Shown here piece after piece: positions 51,830 to 62,022 of a stretch of DNA of 64,000 bases. The stretch is taken from contig CP000069.1 in the NCBI GenBank assembly GCA_000002445.1, positions 672,001-736,000 of the forward strand, written 5' to 3'. Origin of the DNA: Trypanosoma brucei. Lineage: Eukaryota. Numbering within the stretch: the first letter of the stretch is position 1; each line of letters starts with the position of its first letter. The translations under genes were made by a program, and so were the position numbers. The notes beneath the pieces were generated by a model, which was given only the letters and a program-made list of their open reading frames with translations, was not told where the DNA came from and searched no databases.

Positions 51830-54604
51830 ATGCTGTGCAGCGGCCGCATTATTCTCAAGAAGAAATGGATTCCTCCACTTGGTTACCGGCCGAAGGATTT
51901 CGAGAGAAAATTGCGTTCTCCGCGTTCGTCGAAACCGTGGCGCGACCGCCGCGCGGCATCGGGTGGGCAGATTGAGGTTTCACCGAGTACCGCGGCGACG
52001 AACATTCCGCGCGGTGACCTTGTCTTTAGGCCCCCGCTCGGTATTCGTGATGTGCGACCGGGCTCTCCTTCGGCGCTTCTTCCAACCTTTGGATTTTCAG
52101 AAGAGCATCTTGCTGCGCATGCTCTTCCCGCTGCGGGGTCGCAGGTGGAAGGCGGGGATGTGTTAGCTGTAGCGGACCCACGGTCAGCATCACATCTGAC
52201 GCTACCATTTGGGAGGGCACTAAACGTTAATGTTGAAGAAATCAAGACATATGAGGAGGGACCTGTGCCCATACACCTTCAGCAATTCCGGCGTAGTAGG
52301 CGGGAAGCAGCCGATTCCATCATTCTACCTCGCCATATTAACCGACTGTTCCATAAAATAATGGGTTGGTCGGAAGACCTCGTGAAAGTGGAAATGGATG
52401 AAGCCCCAACCCCAAACACAGGTGGAGTGCCCTCTGACACCGCGGCAGTGCGTGCGAAGGAAGCACAGGAGTCTGAAGTTCCGTTGCTGAGGATGAAATA
52501 CGATAACGTTGTGGACAAGATGAAGTATGGTGTTCTTCTTGACAATTATGAGAAGGACAAGTTTGCGATCGAACACCAACTTGAGATTGCTGGCGAGAAG
52601 TTCGAGCGGAAGTTCCTTGACTGGGAGGGTATGCATGTTCTCGATCAGGACCCCAGTGCGGCAGTGCGCGAGGTGCTTGAGAACAAGGCATCAATAGTAA
52701 TGGAACAACCATCCTCGTTTGCCATACCTGTAGTGAATCGTGACTGCTGCCGCGGGTGTGGTGCGCTTCTGCAGGACCAAGATGAGAACTCTTTCGGGTA
52801 TGTGCGGAAAGGTGATGTGGAGCGGTACATCATTGAGAAACAACAGAAAATGAGGGCGCGTGCTGAGTACGCGGATCGAATGTCTGAGCTGCAGGCGCAC
52901 TGGCGGAAACATGGTCGGCGTGTGGGCGAGGAGTGGCTGGATTTTATGACCCAGGAGGAATTTGATGCCTTTTACCGAGATAGGAACGCGCCGTTTGTAT
53001 GCCACCGCTGCCACGCGCTAGAGAACCTCGGGGTGGAGGGGCGGCGTCGCATATGGTCAGCACCGGACTTCACTGACAAGTTGCGTGCCCTTCGTGAGAA
53101 GAAATGTGTAGTGGTTCTTGTTGTTGACGTAACAGATTTTCCTGGGACTATGGTGTATGACCTCCCGGGCCTCATATCGATGAACAATGATGTGATAATT
53201 GCTGTGAATAAGATGGATTGTGTTAGGAATCGCTCCTTCAACTACCGAGGCAAGGATCGTGCGGTCGCTGCTTGCCTTGTGACCGAGCGGTACGTGAGAC
53301 GGTGGGTGACTGGGATCGCCGTTCAGTTTGGACTACCACGTCACCAGATAAAGGACGTGATTCCTTTGTCTGCGAAGCGTGGTTGGAATGTAGAGGCTCT
53401 AATAGCGGCTGTGGAGGAGGCCTCCAACCTCAACCTTCGGCGACCAACAAAACCCATACCGACGTATTTCGTTGGTGTTGCGAATGTTGGGAAGTCCTCC
53501 GTTATTAACGCCATTGCCCACAAACTGTATGTGCCTCTGCCACCCCACCCGGAGAGTCGGAAGGTATACTACACGAAGAAGGCACCGGATGGAAGTGAGT
53601 CTGTTTTCTGGCGGTGGTACACACCTCCTAATGTGAACCAGGCGGAAATGATTGACATTCCATCTCGGCACGACAAGAAAGCCTCGAAGCTGGTAACTAC
53701 CTCCTCCTTGCCTGGTACCACGGTTGACGCTGTTGCAGTGCGCGTTTCGCTGAGTAAAGGCGCGGAGAAGGGCCGTGCACATCTGTTCGACACACCCGGC
53801 CTCCTTCCGCATTGGCACCGTCACTCACCCCTGACGCTACTACAGATGCGACGCACCCTCATTCGCAAGTTCCGCAATCCTCAGTGCTTTATCCTGGTGC
53901 CTGGGAACACATTGTTTCTCGGAGGCCTCTGTGCCGTGGACGTAGTGAAAGGAACGTCGCGCGGGATGCTTTTCATGGTTTACACGTCGCAGAAGGTACG
54001 TAACGCCATCATTAACACAGACCGGTCGGATGAGTTTTGGAGGGAACAACTTGGTCGTGCGCTTGACCCACCCGGATCTGTGGAACAAGTTGGTGATCTT
54101 CGGCTCACGGAGTCGAGGAGCTATTTGTTTGAATGCTACCAGCGTAACCGAAAGCGGCCAAAGGCGGATATCTATTTCTGCGGACTTGGCTGGGTTGCGT
54201 TCTGTGTGAATGAGCCCGCAGATGTGGTACTGCGTGTGCGGACCTTACCGGGAGTAGTGCATGGTGTGCGCGAACCGTTGCGGTACAAGGACCTACTGGC
54301 ATTTAAAGGGTGGCCGAAACTGCGGCGTCGTTTCACTTCTGCCGGTGTTCCTAATGACGAGGAGGATGATGACAACTCCATTGCCACCGTTGTACGACTG
54401 ACTGCTGGAGGTGGTGCTTGTGGGTTATCCGCTGCACCTGTGTGCGGCTCACCGGAAGAAGATGTTGATGGTCCTGCAGTACGGGTTGTTCGCAAGTCGG
54501 TCTTGCCGAAACCCATTCCGGCGTCGTCCACTCCTTTCGACGGCGTTGTTGAGGAACTGAGCCTATCGGGACAAGCGGGAGGCGGTACGGGTGCGGGGAT
54601 GTGA
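51830..54604 (+). CDS. Circularly permuted YqeH/NOA1-like GTPase; copy 2
   Basis: Identical translation to copy 1. Confidence 0.7.
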   Translation: MLCSGRIILKKKWIPPLGYRPKDFERKLRSPRSSKPWRDRRAASGGQIEVSPSTAATNIPRGDLVFRPPLGIRDVRPGSPSALLPTFGFSEEHLAAHALPAAGSQVEGGDVLAVADPRSASHLTLPFGRALNVNVEEIKTYEEGPVPIHLQQFRRSRREAADSIILPRHINRLFHKIMGWSEDLVKVEMDEAPTPNTGGVPSDTAAVRAKEAQESEVPLLRMKYDNVVDKMKYGVLLDNYEKDKFAIEHQLEIAGEKFERKFLDWEGMHVLDQDPSAAVREVLENKASIVMEQPSSFAIPVVNRDCCRGCGALLQDQDENSFGYVRKGDVERYIIEKQQKMRARAEYADRMSELQAHWRKHGRRVGEEWLDFMTQEEFDAFYRDRNAPFVCHRCHALENLGVEGRRRIWSAPDFTDKLRALREKKCVVVLVVDVTDFPGTMVYDLPGLISMNNDVIIAVNKMDCVRNRSFNYRGKDRAVAACLVTERYVRRWVTGIAVQFGLPRHQIKDVIPLSAKRGWNVEALIAAVEEASNLNLRRPTKPIPTYFVGVANVGKSSVINAIAHKLYVPLPPHPESRKVYYTKKAPDGSESVFWRWYTPPNVNQAEMIDIPSRHDKKASKLVTTSSLPGTTVDAVAVRVSLSKGAEKGRAHLFDTPGLLPHWHRHSPLTLLQMRRTLIRKFRNPQCFILVPGNTLFLGGLCAVDVVKGTSRGMLFMVYTSQKVRNAIINTDRSDEFWREQLGRALDPPGSVEQVGDLRLTESRSYLFECYQRNRKRPKADIYFCGLGWVAFCVNEPADVVLRVRTLPGVVHGVREPLRYKDLLAFKGWPKLRRRFTSAGVPNDEEDDDNSIATVVRLTAGGGACGLSAAPVCGSPEEDVDGPAVRVVRKSVLPKPIPASSTPFDGVVEELSLSGQAGGGTGAGM

Positions 54605-55281
54605 GTCTGGCGTGCTACCGTTTGTGCGGAGAACCGACCGACCTTTGTGGGTATAACACAATGCACTGATGTTTGATTCATCCTTTTTCATGTTGTCCCA
54701 ACCGACTTACTTGTTCCGCTCCGTTCCGTTCTGTTGCGTTGTGCTGCTGATACTGCAATTTCTTTCTCGTCGCTTTTGTTGTCAATTTTCTTTATCGTGC
54801 TGCGGTGATCTGCAATGGAGGGGTATGCCGTCGCTGGGGATAGACGTTTGCATTTACATGGATAGTGTTTTCATAGCTGTTCTACCCCTGTTTCTGGAGA
54901 CGCGGCATTGCTGTTGGCGTTACTTTATATGATTAGTTTTGGTTGTGTTCTGGGGGTGGATGTGCGATGGACGGGTGTGCTGTCTGTCACCGAAGGCCGA
55001 TGCGTTTTGGTACGCCGTGACTGATGTTACTGTTATTTTTTTAAAGGTTGCGTTGAGTTTCTATCGCCTTGATGTGTGTTGTTAGTGTCTTTTATTTTTG
55101 TTGTGTCACTCTTATTTTGCTGATTACTGCTTTATAGTGTAGCAGTTGTCATTCTCGATATCCTTTCTCCTTGATCTACTTCATTACGTGTAATATTACC
55201 CTGGTGGGATAACTCTGCCCAAGGCCGATAGTTATAACGCTAACAAGAATCATCTACTTTCAGTCATCTAAAGGTTTGCAA

Positions 55282-56319
55282 ATGTCATCCGCTCCTCTGA
55301 GGGTATACGTTCAGTGTAATCCATTACTTGACGTCTCGGCTCACGTGTCCGACGAATTTTTGGTCAAGTATGGTTTGGAGCGCGGTACGGCCATCTTGTT
55401 GTCTGAGCGCCAGAAAGGAATATTCGACGATATCGAGAAAATGCCCAATGTGCGGTATGTCCCTGGTGGATCTGGCTTGAACGTGGCGCGCGTTGCGCAG
55501 TGGATGCAGCAAGCGTATAAGGGGAAGTTTGTTACATATGTTGGCTGCATTGCAGATGATCGGTACGGCAAGGTTCTGAAGGAAGCTGCCGAGCATGAAG
55601 GAATTGTGATGGCTGTTGAGCATACGACGAAAGCAGGGAGTGGTGCGTGTGCAGTTTGTATCACCGGCAAGGAACGCACTCTTGTTGCTGATCTTGGTGC
55701 AGCAAATCACCTCTCCAGTGAGCATATGCGCTCCCCTGCTGTCGTGAGGGCGATGGATGAATCCAGAATTTTCTATTTCTCCGGTTTCACGTTGACAGTT
55801 GACGTTAATCACGTTCTTCAGGCGTGCAGAAAGGCTCGTGAGGTGGATGGACTTTTTATGATCAACTTATCGGCCCCTTTTATTATGCAATTCTTTTCCG
55901 CGCAACTTGGGGAGGTTCTGCCCTATACTGATATAATTGTGGCCAACCGACATGAGGCAAAGGAGTTTGCCAACATGATGAAGTGGGATACGGACTGTGT
56001 CGAGGAGATTGCAAGGCGAGCAGTATCTGAGGTTCCTTACACAGGCACAAAAGGTCGTGTTGTTGTGTTCACTCGTGATATTGAATCAACAGTGCTTGCA
56101 ACTAAGGATGGTGTGGAGACGGTTCCTGTACCTCAGTTAGATCAGGACAAAGTAATTGACATGAATGGTGCTGGGGATGCATTTATGGGTGGATTTTTGA
56201 GTGCTTATGCCGTTGGTAAGGATTTGCGGCGCTGTTGCGAAACTGGCCACTACACAGCACAAGAGGTTATCCAGCGTGACGGTTGCTCGTTCCCCGAGAA
56301 GCCCAGTTTCTCTCCTTGA
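55282..56319 (+). CDS. ADK: Adenosine kinase; copy 2
   Basis: Same as copy 1 except P/S and I/L in DIE(P/S)TV(I/L)A, V/M in DAF(V/M)GGF, and Q/R near the C-terminus. The 3' flank is unrelated to that of copy 1. Confidence 0.9.
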   Translation: MSSAPLRVYVQCNPLLDVSAHVSDEFLVKYGLERGTAILLSERQKGIFDDIEKMPNVRYVPGGSGLNVARVAQWMQQAYKGKFVTYVGCIADDRYGKVLKEAAEHEGIVMAVEHTTKAGSGACAVCITGKERTLVADLGAANHLSSEHMRSPAVVRAMDESRIFYFSGFTLTVDVNHVLQACRKAREVDGLFMINLSAPFIMQFFSAQLGEVLPYTDIIVANRHEAKEFANMMKWDTDCVEEIARRAVSEVPYTGTKGRVVVFTRDIESTVLATKDGVETVPVPQLDQDKVIDMNGAGDAFMGGFLSAYAVGKDLRRCCETGHYTAQEVIQRDGCSFPEKPSFSP

Positions 56320-57941
56320 GTTTTTTTGTTTTCGTTGTCGGTTGTTAATGCCAAATACGGTGGTTGATATGATTTCGATGGTGTGGTTGATGATTTTTTT
56401 TTAAAATTTAGTATAATTGTTTTTTTTTGTAAAGGATGGTCGATAATGTTTGTTGATGTTCTTTATCTTTTTCGTTGTTTCAATTTTTTTTTAACACACA
56501 GTTTTATATGCTGTATGGTGGTGTTTTTTTGTGTGTGTGTGTTTGTTTGTGTGAGGGGTGAAAGCAGGTAGATAAACTTGTCGTTAATACCCCTCTTGTT
56601 GTTGTGTTTATGTTATTTAATTTTTATTTGACTTAGTTCGCGTTGGTGTTGGTGTTTTTTGTTTCGTTGTTAATTCAGCTGTTTGGTGCTTATGAGGTTC
56701 TAATTGAAAAGGTGATATTGATGTGTTTATCACTATGTTATAGGATCAAAAACAAATTCAATAATTTGTCTTTTGTACCACATTGGTGAACCTTCGCATC
56801 TATAATTCTTTTAATTTCTCTTTATTGCTTCCGTTGTATATCATTCTGTGTCTTTTTTACTTGGTTTTGATGAGTCGGTCTTCTGTCATAATATTTATTC
56901 CTTGTCTCTTCATTCTTTGAATTTGTAAACAATAATGATGGTAATGGGGATTATTTTTCTTTATCGTTGTCATCCCTATCAGCGTCCGTGTAGCCTTCTG
57001 TTTGTGCATTTTAATAAACATAGTTAATTTTGTTGTTACTATGTGGAGTTGAGTTTCGCATTATGTTGTAGATATTAGGTTTTTATAAGATCTCTGGGTC
57101 GTTTTGGAGCTGCTAGGGGATTGAACCGCAGTACGTGTGATGAGTAGCGACCCACTTCCGTTGCAAGTTTTTTTTTTTGATGTGGGGGAATGGGAGGGAA
57201 GAGAGGTGCTTACCTTATTGCTTCTGATGCCGAGGTTTCACGTTATCGCTGACCAAGTGGTTGCCCTTTCCTAGGATGTGCGGATAATTTAAAGTTAATG
57301 TCGTGATATGAGATGCCAAAATGGTCAGGGCTTTCGGGGTGTGTTGCTAAATTTTTTTTGAGGTACTTGCATGTCTCGGGTTCCGATTCTCTTTTCTGGT
57401 TGTTGCAAAATCTATGTGATTACATCGGTTGGCCGCGGAGCTCTGTTTGCTTGTAGTTTCGAGGGGCCGCTGTTTTGGATTGAGGGGAGGGGATATTTTG
57501 TGGAACCTTCCGGCATTTCGAAAAGTGTGTTGTTGTGGTGTGCTGTATATTAGGTTGATATTATCTGTGCAATGAAAGGTTGAGGCAAAGGGCTACAGGA
57601 ACTGTTCCTAGAATGCAGTCGGAATGTGTGCGATTTCAGCTAATATATATATATATATATAAGTAAGGGAGGGTAAGGAGTTTGTTCCGTTGCTTTCACA
57701 ATCCTCTGCGTTGTTGGTATTAGGGGGTTACAACATGTGTTGTTGTTTTTTCCCTTTCACTAATTACCCGACTTTTCACCGTTGTGCAGGGGCTATAGGG
57801 TGGACAGTTCCGCTGGTTAGTTTTGCTGTTATATATGTGATACTTTTTAACGTACCTATTTTTAAACTTTTCTCCCCCTGCTTTCCTCCCTCCGAAGCGC
57901 ATAGTGATTTTTTTTTTAAATATCTCTTCTCGTGGTTGAAA

Positions 57942-60900
57942 ATGCATGGAAATTTTGTATTTACCGGCAAAAGCCGGCCCAACCGGCTCACCCTCTCTAA
58001 CGATCGTCAACCCTCAAAAAACGTTATTTTGAACAATGCTCGCGCCCAGCGTGAGCAGCGGCAGAAAGAAAAGAGGGAGTGTCAGGCGGCGACGTGCATC
58101 CAGAGAAACACACGAGGGTTATTGGCACGCATGGCTCTTGCTGAACTGGCGCGTGCTGCACTAAAGGAAATTAAAGAGACACAGGATGCAGCTGCTGATG
58201 GTGGTACCTCTCCCGAAGCGGATGAACCGTTAGAACGCCTTTGTTGGCTGTACGAGTTTGTTCGTCGTGGAGTAGTTGGTTTGTTGGTTTGTAGCGTACA
58301 GTTACGCGAATGCTCACAAATTTTATTGAATCGGTTGAGTGCTGTTTTGCGTGGTGGTGCCTTGGAGGAGCAACTGTTAGGTTTCCCCCACGCAATTATG
58401 CTGTTAATGAAGTTGACACTGGAAGCATACTTAACACCTTCCTGTGATGAGGAAGCCGTAGTAGAACGAAGTAGGGAGCATTTGCAGCCACTAGCATCAC
58501 TGTTTGCTGCTGCGAAGAAACTGGGTAACGGAGCCGACATACTTATCTGTGCACTTGATCTTGTCATTCGACACAATGCAACTCCCGATGAGGAAATTAT
58601 TTCTGCACTGTATGGTTTGTATGCTACTCTGTCACCCGCTGCAGCTGCGAGTAGCGTGCAATCTACTGCTAGTCGTACGTTGCTAGCTTACGCCGTAGGC
58701 TCGACTTCCAATGTTTCTTATTATCTTTCCCCTACAACGTGTGCGCTGAGTGTTCTGTTAGGCACCGTGCGCAGGGATTGTTACCCACGGGTGAGTGAGG
58801 AAACGAACGCGATATTCTTGGAGGCCATTGTGGACGTTACCCTGAAAATTTTAGAATCAACGGCGAGCTCGCCGCCGTTGCAGATTCTTGGGAAATTGGT
58901 GAGAGTCCTACCGTACTTCCACCACGGTGCTGATGAAGATGCACAGAAGCAAGTTTTACGGCGGAAATGGCTCATTTGTCTTTCACGCGCGACTCTCCTA
59001 TGCAGCTCCGAGGATGAACTTATTCGAGAGACGTTATCAGATTTTCACCATTCGCACACCGCCGCGCATCAGGAACATGCGGCCCACAAACACCTGTCAA
59101 CATACCTATTTAGTACGGGGTATGGCCTCCGTTTGCTTGAGGAGGGTCTGCGAACGAGTCTCTCGGCACATAGCACGGATTCTTTCTCCGACGTTAACCT
59201 TCTGTGTTGCGTGTTTATTTGGCCTCTCTACAAATTTGCCACTGCCTCTGCGCGCCAACGACTTGAGGCAACCACCATCATTTCAAAGTTTGTTTATTCT
59301 TCAGGCCTTTTGCGGTGTCTGTGGGATGTGTACCGAAATTGTCACAGCAGCACCTTCGAAAGCACAGCTGGAATGAGCGCAGCGGAGCTGTTGGAGTGCG
59401 TGGCCACTGGGAAGCTGCTTGACCTTCCTTCACCCGTTGCCCCACCCACAGAACTGCTCAGCAAGTTGTCGCTGCCTCGTTCCACGCACGGCCTGTTTTA
59501 CGATCCATACCCCGCTGTGTCGGTAACACTTTTTTGTCTGATGAGTTACTTTGTTGACGCAACAGGTTTCTTGGAAGGACTTGATCGCTGCGCGGTGATT
59601 GATCGTGCTGACACTCTGAAGCTTATTTTTGCACTCAAGGGGATTTTGTATCAGTCGTTCTTCCACGGTGTGTTGCCGTACAGCAAATGTGAAGTGGTGG
59701 CGCAGGGGGCCCTCACATTGTTTTTAAAGCTGCATGTCGTAGGTGAGGCTCAATCGTTTGTTCCGCACCCGTCGGTTTGGATAATTTGCCACGATCACCT
59801 ACTTCTAAAGACGTTTAAAAGTATTGAGTGTGGCACATGGTCCGCTATTGTGTCAAATGAAGATGATGAGGATTGTACCGAGGATGACAATGAAGAGCGG
59901 GAAGATGGACATTGGGCACCAAGTTTGCGTGAAGGGAACCATGAGTCGTACGTTTCCCTTCCATGGTGGAACGGGAGTCTTTCGTGGCCACAGGAGGAAC
60001 GTTGCATTCATGTTTTGCAGCGTATCCCCTTTACCGTTCCATTCGGAGCACGTGTCACCTTGTTAACATCCTTTCTCTCTAGCCACGTGGAACGCAGCCG
60101 TCCCACCACGTGGGGACACTTTGTGGTGCGTCGCGGTTGCACTTTTGCCGACGCTTTTGACCGCTTTGCTGATAACCCCGGTAGTAGTGATATGTATTAT
60201 GTCCGTTTCCGTGCGGCAAATGATTTGATGGAAGAGGGTTACGGCGACGGCGTCTACCGCGAATTTCTACTGTCCCTCTGCAAGGAGGGTTTTGCGGCGG
60301 AGCATGGGCTCTTTTGCTTGACGGATGCTGGATACGTTTATCCAAATCCTTTCAGCTGGGAGGTGACTGGTGATCGGGATCATCTCAAGCGTATCAAGTT
60401 TCTTGGTGCTATGGTAGGCCGAGGATTGCGTGATGGTGTTTTGCAAGATATTCCATTTGCTCTACATTTCCGTAATGCTATTCTGGGGCGCAGCAACTCC
60501 ATCAATAACCTAAGGAGCTTTGATAGTCAACTTTACCGTCACCTTGTTTCTCTTATGAGTTTGAGCGAGGAAGAAATTGAAAACCTTGAGCTCAACTTCA
60601 CGTACACCGTGGAGGCCCTTGATCGGGTGCACGAAGTGGAGCTTCTACACGGTGGTCGCAACATTGCTGTCACTCGCCGCAACTGTTTGAATTATATTCA
60701 CTTGATTGCAGACTTCAGACTTAATCGTGAAACAGCCAAGCAAACACGGGCATTTCGGAGTGGTCTGGAAAGTATCGTCCACCGAAGTTGGTTACGACTC
60801 TTTGATAGTAATGAGGTCATGAAGTTGTTCGGTGGTGATGTAGAGTGTAACATTGATGTGGAAGATTGGAAACAGCACACTCAATACCACGTTCCTGACG

Positions 60901-61196
60901 ACGCCACTAGCAAACCCGTACAAGTGTTCTGGGAGGTAGTGCAGTCTCTGCCGTTGGAACAGCAGAGGAAGCTTCTAAAGTTTTCCACTTCAATGAACCG
61001 CCCTCCGCTGCTTGGTTTCAAATTTCTCAACCCACCTTTCAAAATTCATGTCCTGTGGAATGAGGCAGAAGAGCGATTGCCATCTGCATCAACGTGTTTC
61101 TGCACTCTAAAGCTTCCACCGTACCAGACGTTCGGGGTAGCGCAGCAAAAGATAACAGCTGCAATTGAAGAGACGGATGACTTCGGTCTCAGTTGA
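57942..61196 (+). CDS. HECT-domain E3 ubiquitin ligase with an N-terminal IQ motif (UBE3B/UBE3C/Hul5-like)
   Basis: The C-terminus ends in a typical HECT C-lobe (...STCFCTLKLPPYQTFGVAQQKITAAIEETDDFGLS). An IQ-like CIQRNTRGLLARMAL is present near the N-terminus. I set the start at ATG 57942, and an alternative ATG lies at 57735. The track start at 57690 is TTG. Confidence 0.75.
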   Translation: MHGNFVFTGKSRPNRLTLSNDRQPSKNVILNNARAQREQRQKEKRECQAATCIQRNTRGLLARMALAELARAALKEIKETQDAAADGGTSPEADEPLERLCWLYEFVRRGVVGLLVCSVQLRECSQILLNRLSAVLRGGALEEQLLGFPHAIMLLMKLTLEAYLTPSCDEEAVVERSREHLQPLASLFAAAKKLGNGADILICALDLVIRHNATPDEEIISALYGLYATLSPAAAASSVQSTASRTLLAYAVGSTSNVSYYLSPTTCALSVLLGTVRRDCYPRVSEETNAIFLEAIVDVTLKILESTASSPPLQILGKLVRVLPYFHHGADEDAQKQVLRRKWLICLSRATLLCSSEDELIRETLSDFHHSHTAAHQEHAAHKHLSTYLFSTGYGLRLLEEGLRTSLSAHSTDSFSDVNLLCCVFIWPLYKFATASARQRLEATTIISKFVYSSGLLRCLWDVYRNCHSSTFESTAGMSAAELLECVATGKLLDLPSPVAPPTELLSKLSLPRSTHGLFYDPYPAVSVTLFCLMSYFVDATGFLEGLDRCAVIDRADTLKLIFALKGILYQSFFHGVLPYSKCEVVAQGALTLFLKLHVVGEAQSFVPHPSVWIICHDHLLLKTFKSIECGTWSAIVSNEDDEDCTEDDNEEREDGHWAPSLREGNHESYVSLPWWNGSLSWPQEERCIHVLQRIPFTVPFGARVTLLTSFLSSHVERSRPTTWGHFVVRRGCTFADAFDRFADNPGSSDMYYVRFRAANDLMEEGYGDGVYREFLLSLCKEGFAAEHGLFCLTDAGYVYPNPFSWEVTGDRDHLKRIKFLGAMVGRGLRDGVLQDIPFALHFRNAILGRSNSINNLRSFDSQLYRHLVSLMSLSEEEIENLELNFTYTVEALDRVHEVELLHGGRNIAVTRRNCLNYIHLIADFRLNRETAKQTRAFRSGLESIVHRSWLRLFDSNEVMKLFGGDVECNIDVEDWKQHTQYHVPDDATSKPVQVFWEVVQSLPLEQQRKLLKFSTSMNRPPLLGFKFLNPPFKIHVLWNEAEERLPSASTCFCTLKLPPYQTFGVAQQKITAAIEETDDFGLS

Positions 61197-62022
61197 GCGG
61201 ATTGTTTCCCTCTTCGTTATCGTACACCTGAAAATATTGTGAAAGGGATGTCGAAATGACTGTTCCACACACAGGGGAGATGAAGTGGTTTCTGGCAGAG
61301 TAGTTTGTGCCTGTGTGTATGTATGTTGAGATAGATCGCTGCGATAACGGATGTGATCCTATTCTCGCTTAATACTCCTCCTTCCTTGTGTTTAAGGAAG
61401 AAATTAAAACCAGGGAGTTGAGGGAAGTTCCTTCCCTCACCCCAAAGCGCTTTCCCCTGGTTTTTTTTCTTTCAGAAGTTGTGCTTTGGTGTGCCAACGT
61501 ATCGCTTGTGGTGTGCGTGTATCTCGCGTGCTCGTATATGTGCGTTCATGCGCTACTGCATACCCAATTTTTTTTTCGACGAACCTCCATCGTCATTCGT
61601 CACTTTTGGCCTGCGCTGCAACCTTTTTTGAAAGAGAAAGTAATTAGTTGATGTATGTTTGATGGTGCTTATTACTTCAGTGTGCGCTCACAACCTTTTT
61701 TTTGGGGGGGGGGGTGAATGACGCCCTTTTGCCGTTGGGCACGTTTCACTTCCCCTTCAGATATTTCCTGGTCATTGCCCTTCCCTCTTCCCCAAATGTC
61801 TCTCCTTTTGTGTCTTTCTTATAAGTATTGCTGTTGTCTTCACTGCATCCCACTCTTTTCGTTGTTGCTTTTTGTTTTTCCATTTTATTTCACACGCAAG
61901 GAGAGGGGAAAGGGGGGGCCTTTCTTCTTGTGGTTTAGACCTAGACCTGTATTATTACTTCTCTCCCACTTCATATTCGTCGTGGTACATTATTGCTACT
62001 GCCGTTGTAATTTTCCTTGTGA

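Larger units (their letters stand above)
48512..56321 (+). repeat. Segmental duplication unit, copy 2
   Basis: Identical protein translations to copy 1 for four genes. Adenosine kinase differs at four residues. Confidence 0.9.

Noticed and set aside
57735-57941. Alternative earlier start (ATG 57735) for the HECT ligase. This would add a Cys/Phe-rich hydrophobic 69-aa N-terminus.
   Set aside because: The extension is compositionally odd and T-rich, which is typical of UTR. UBE3B/C-like ligases begin near their IQ motif. I kept it as a noted alternative only.
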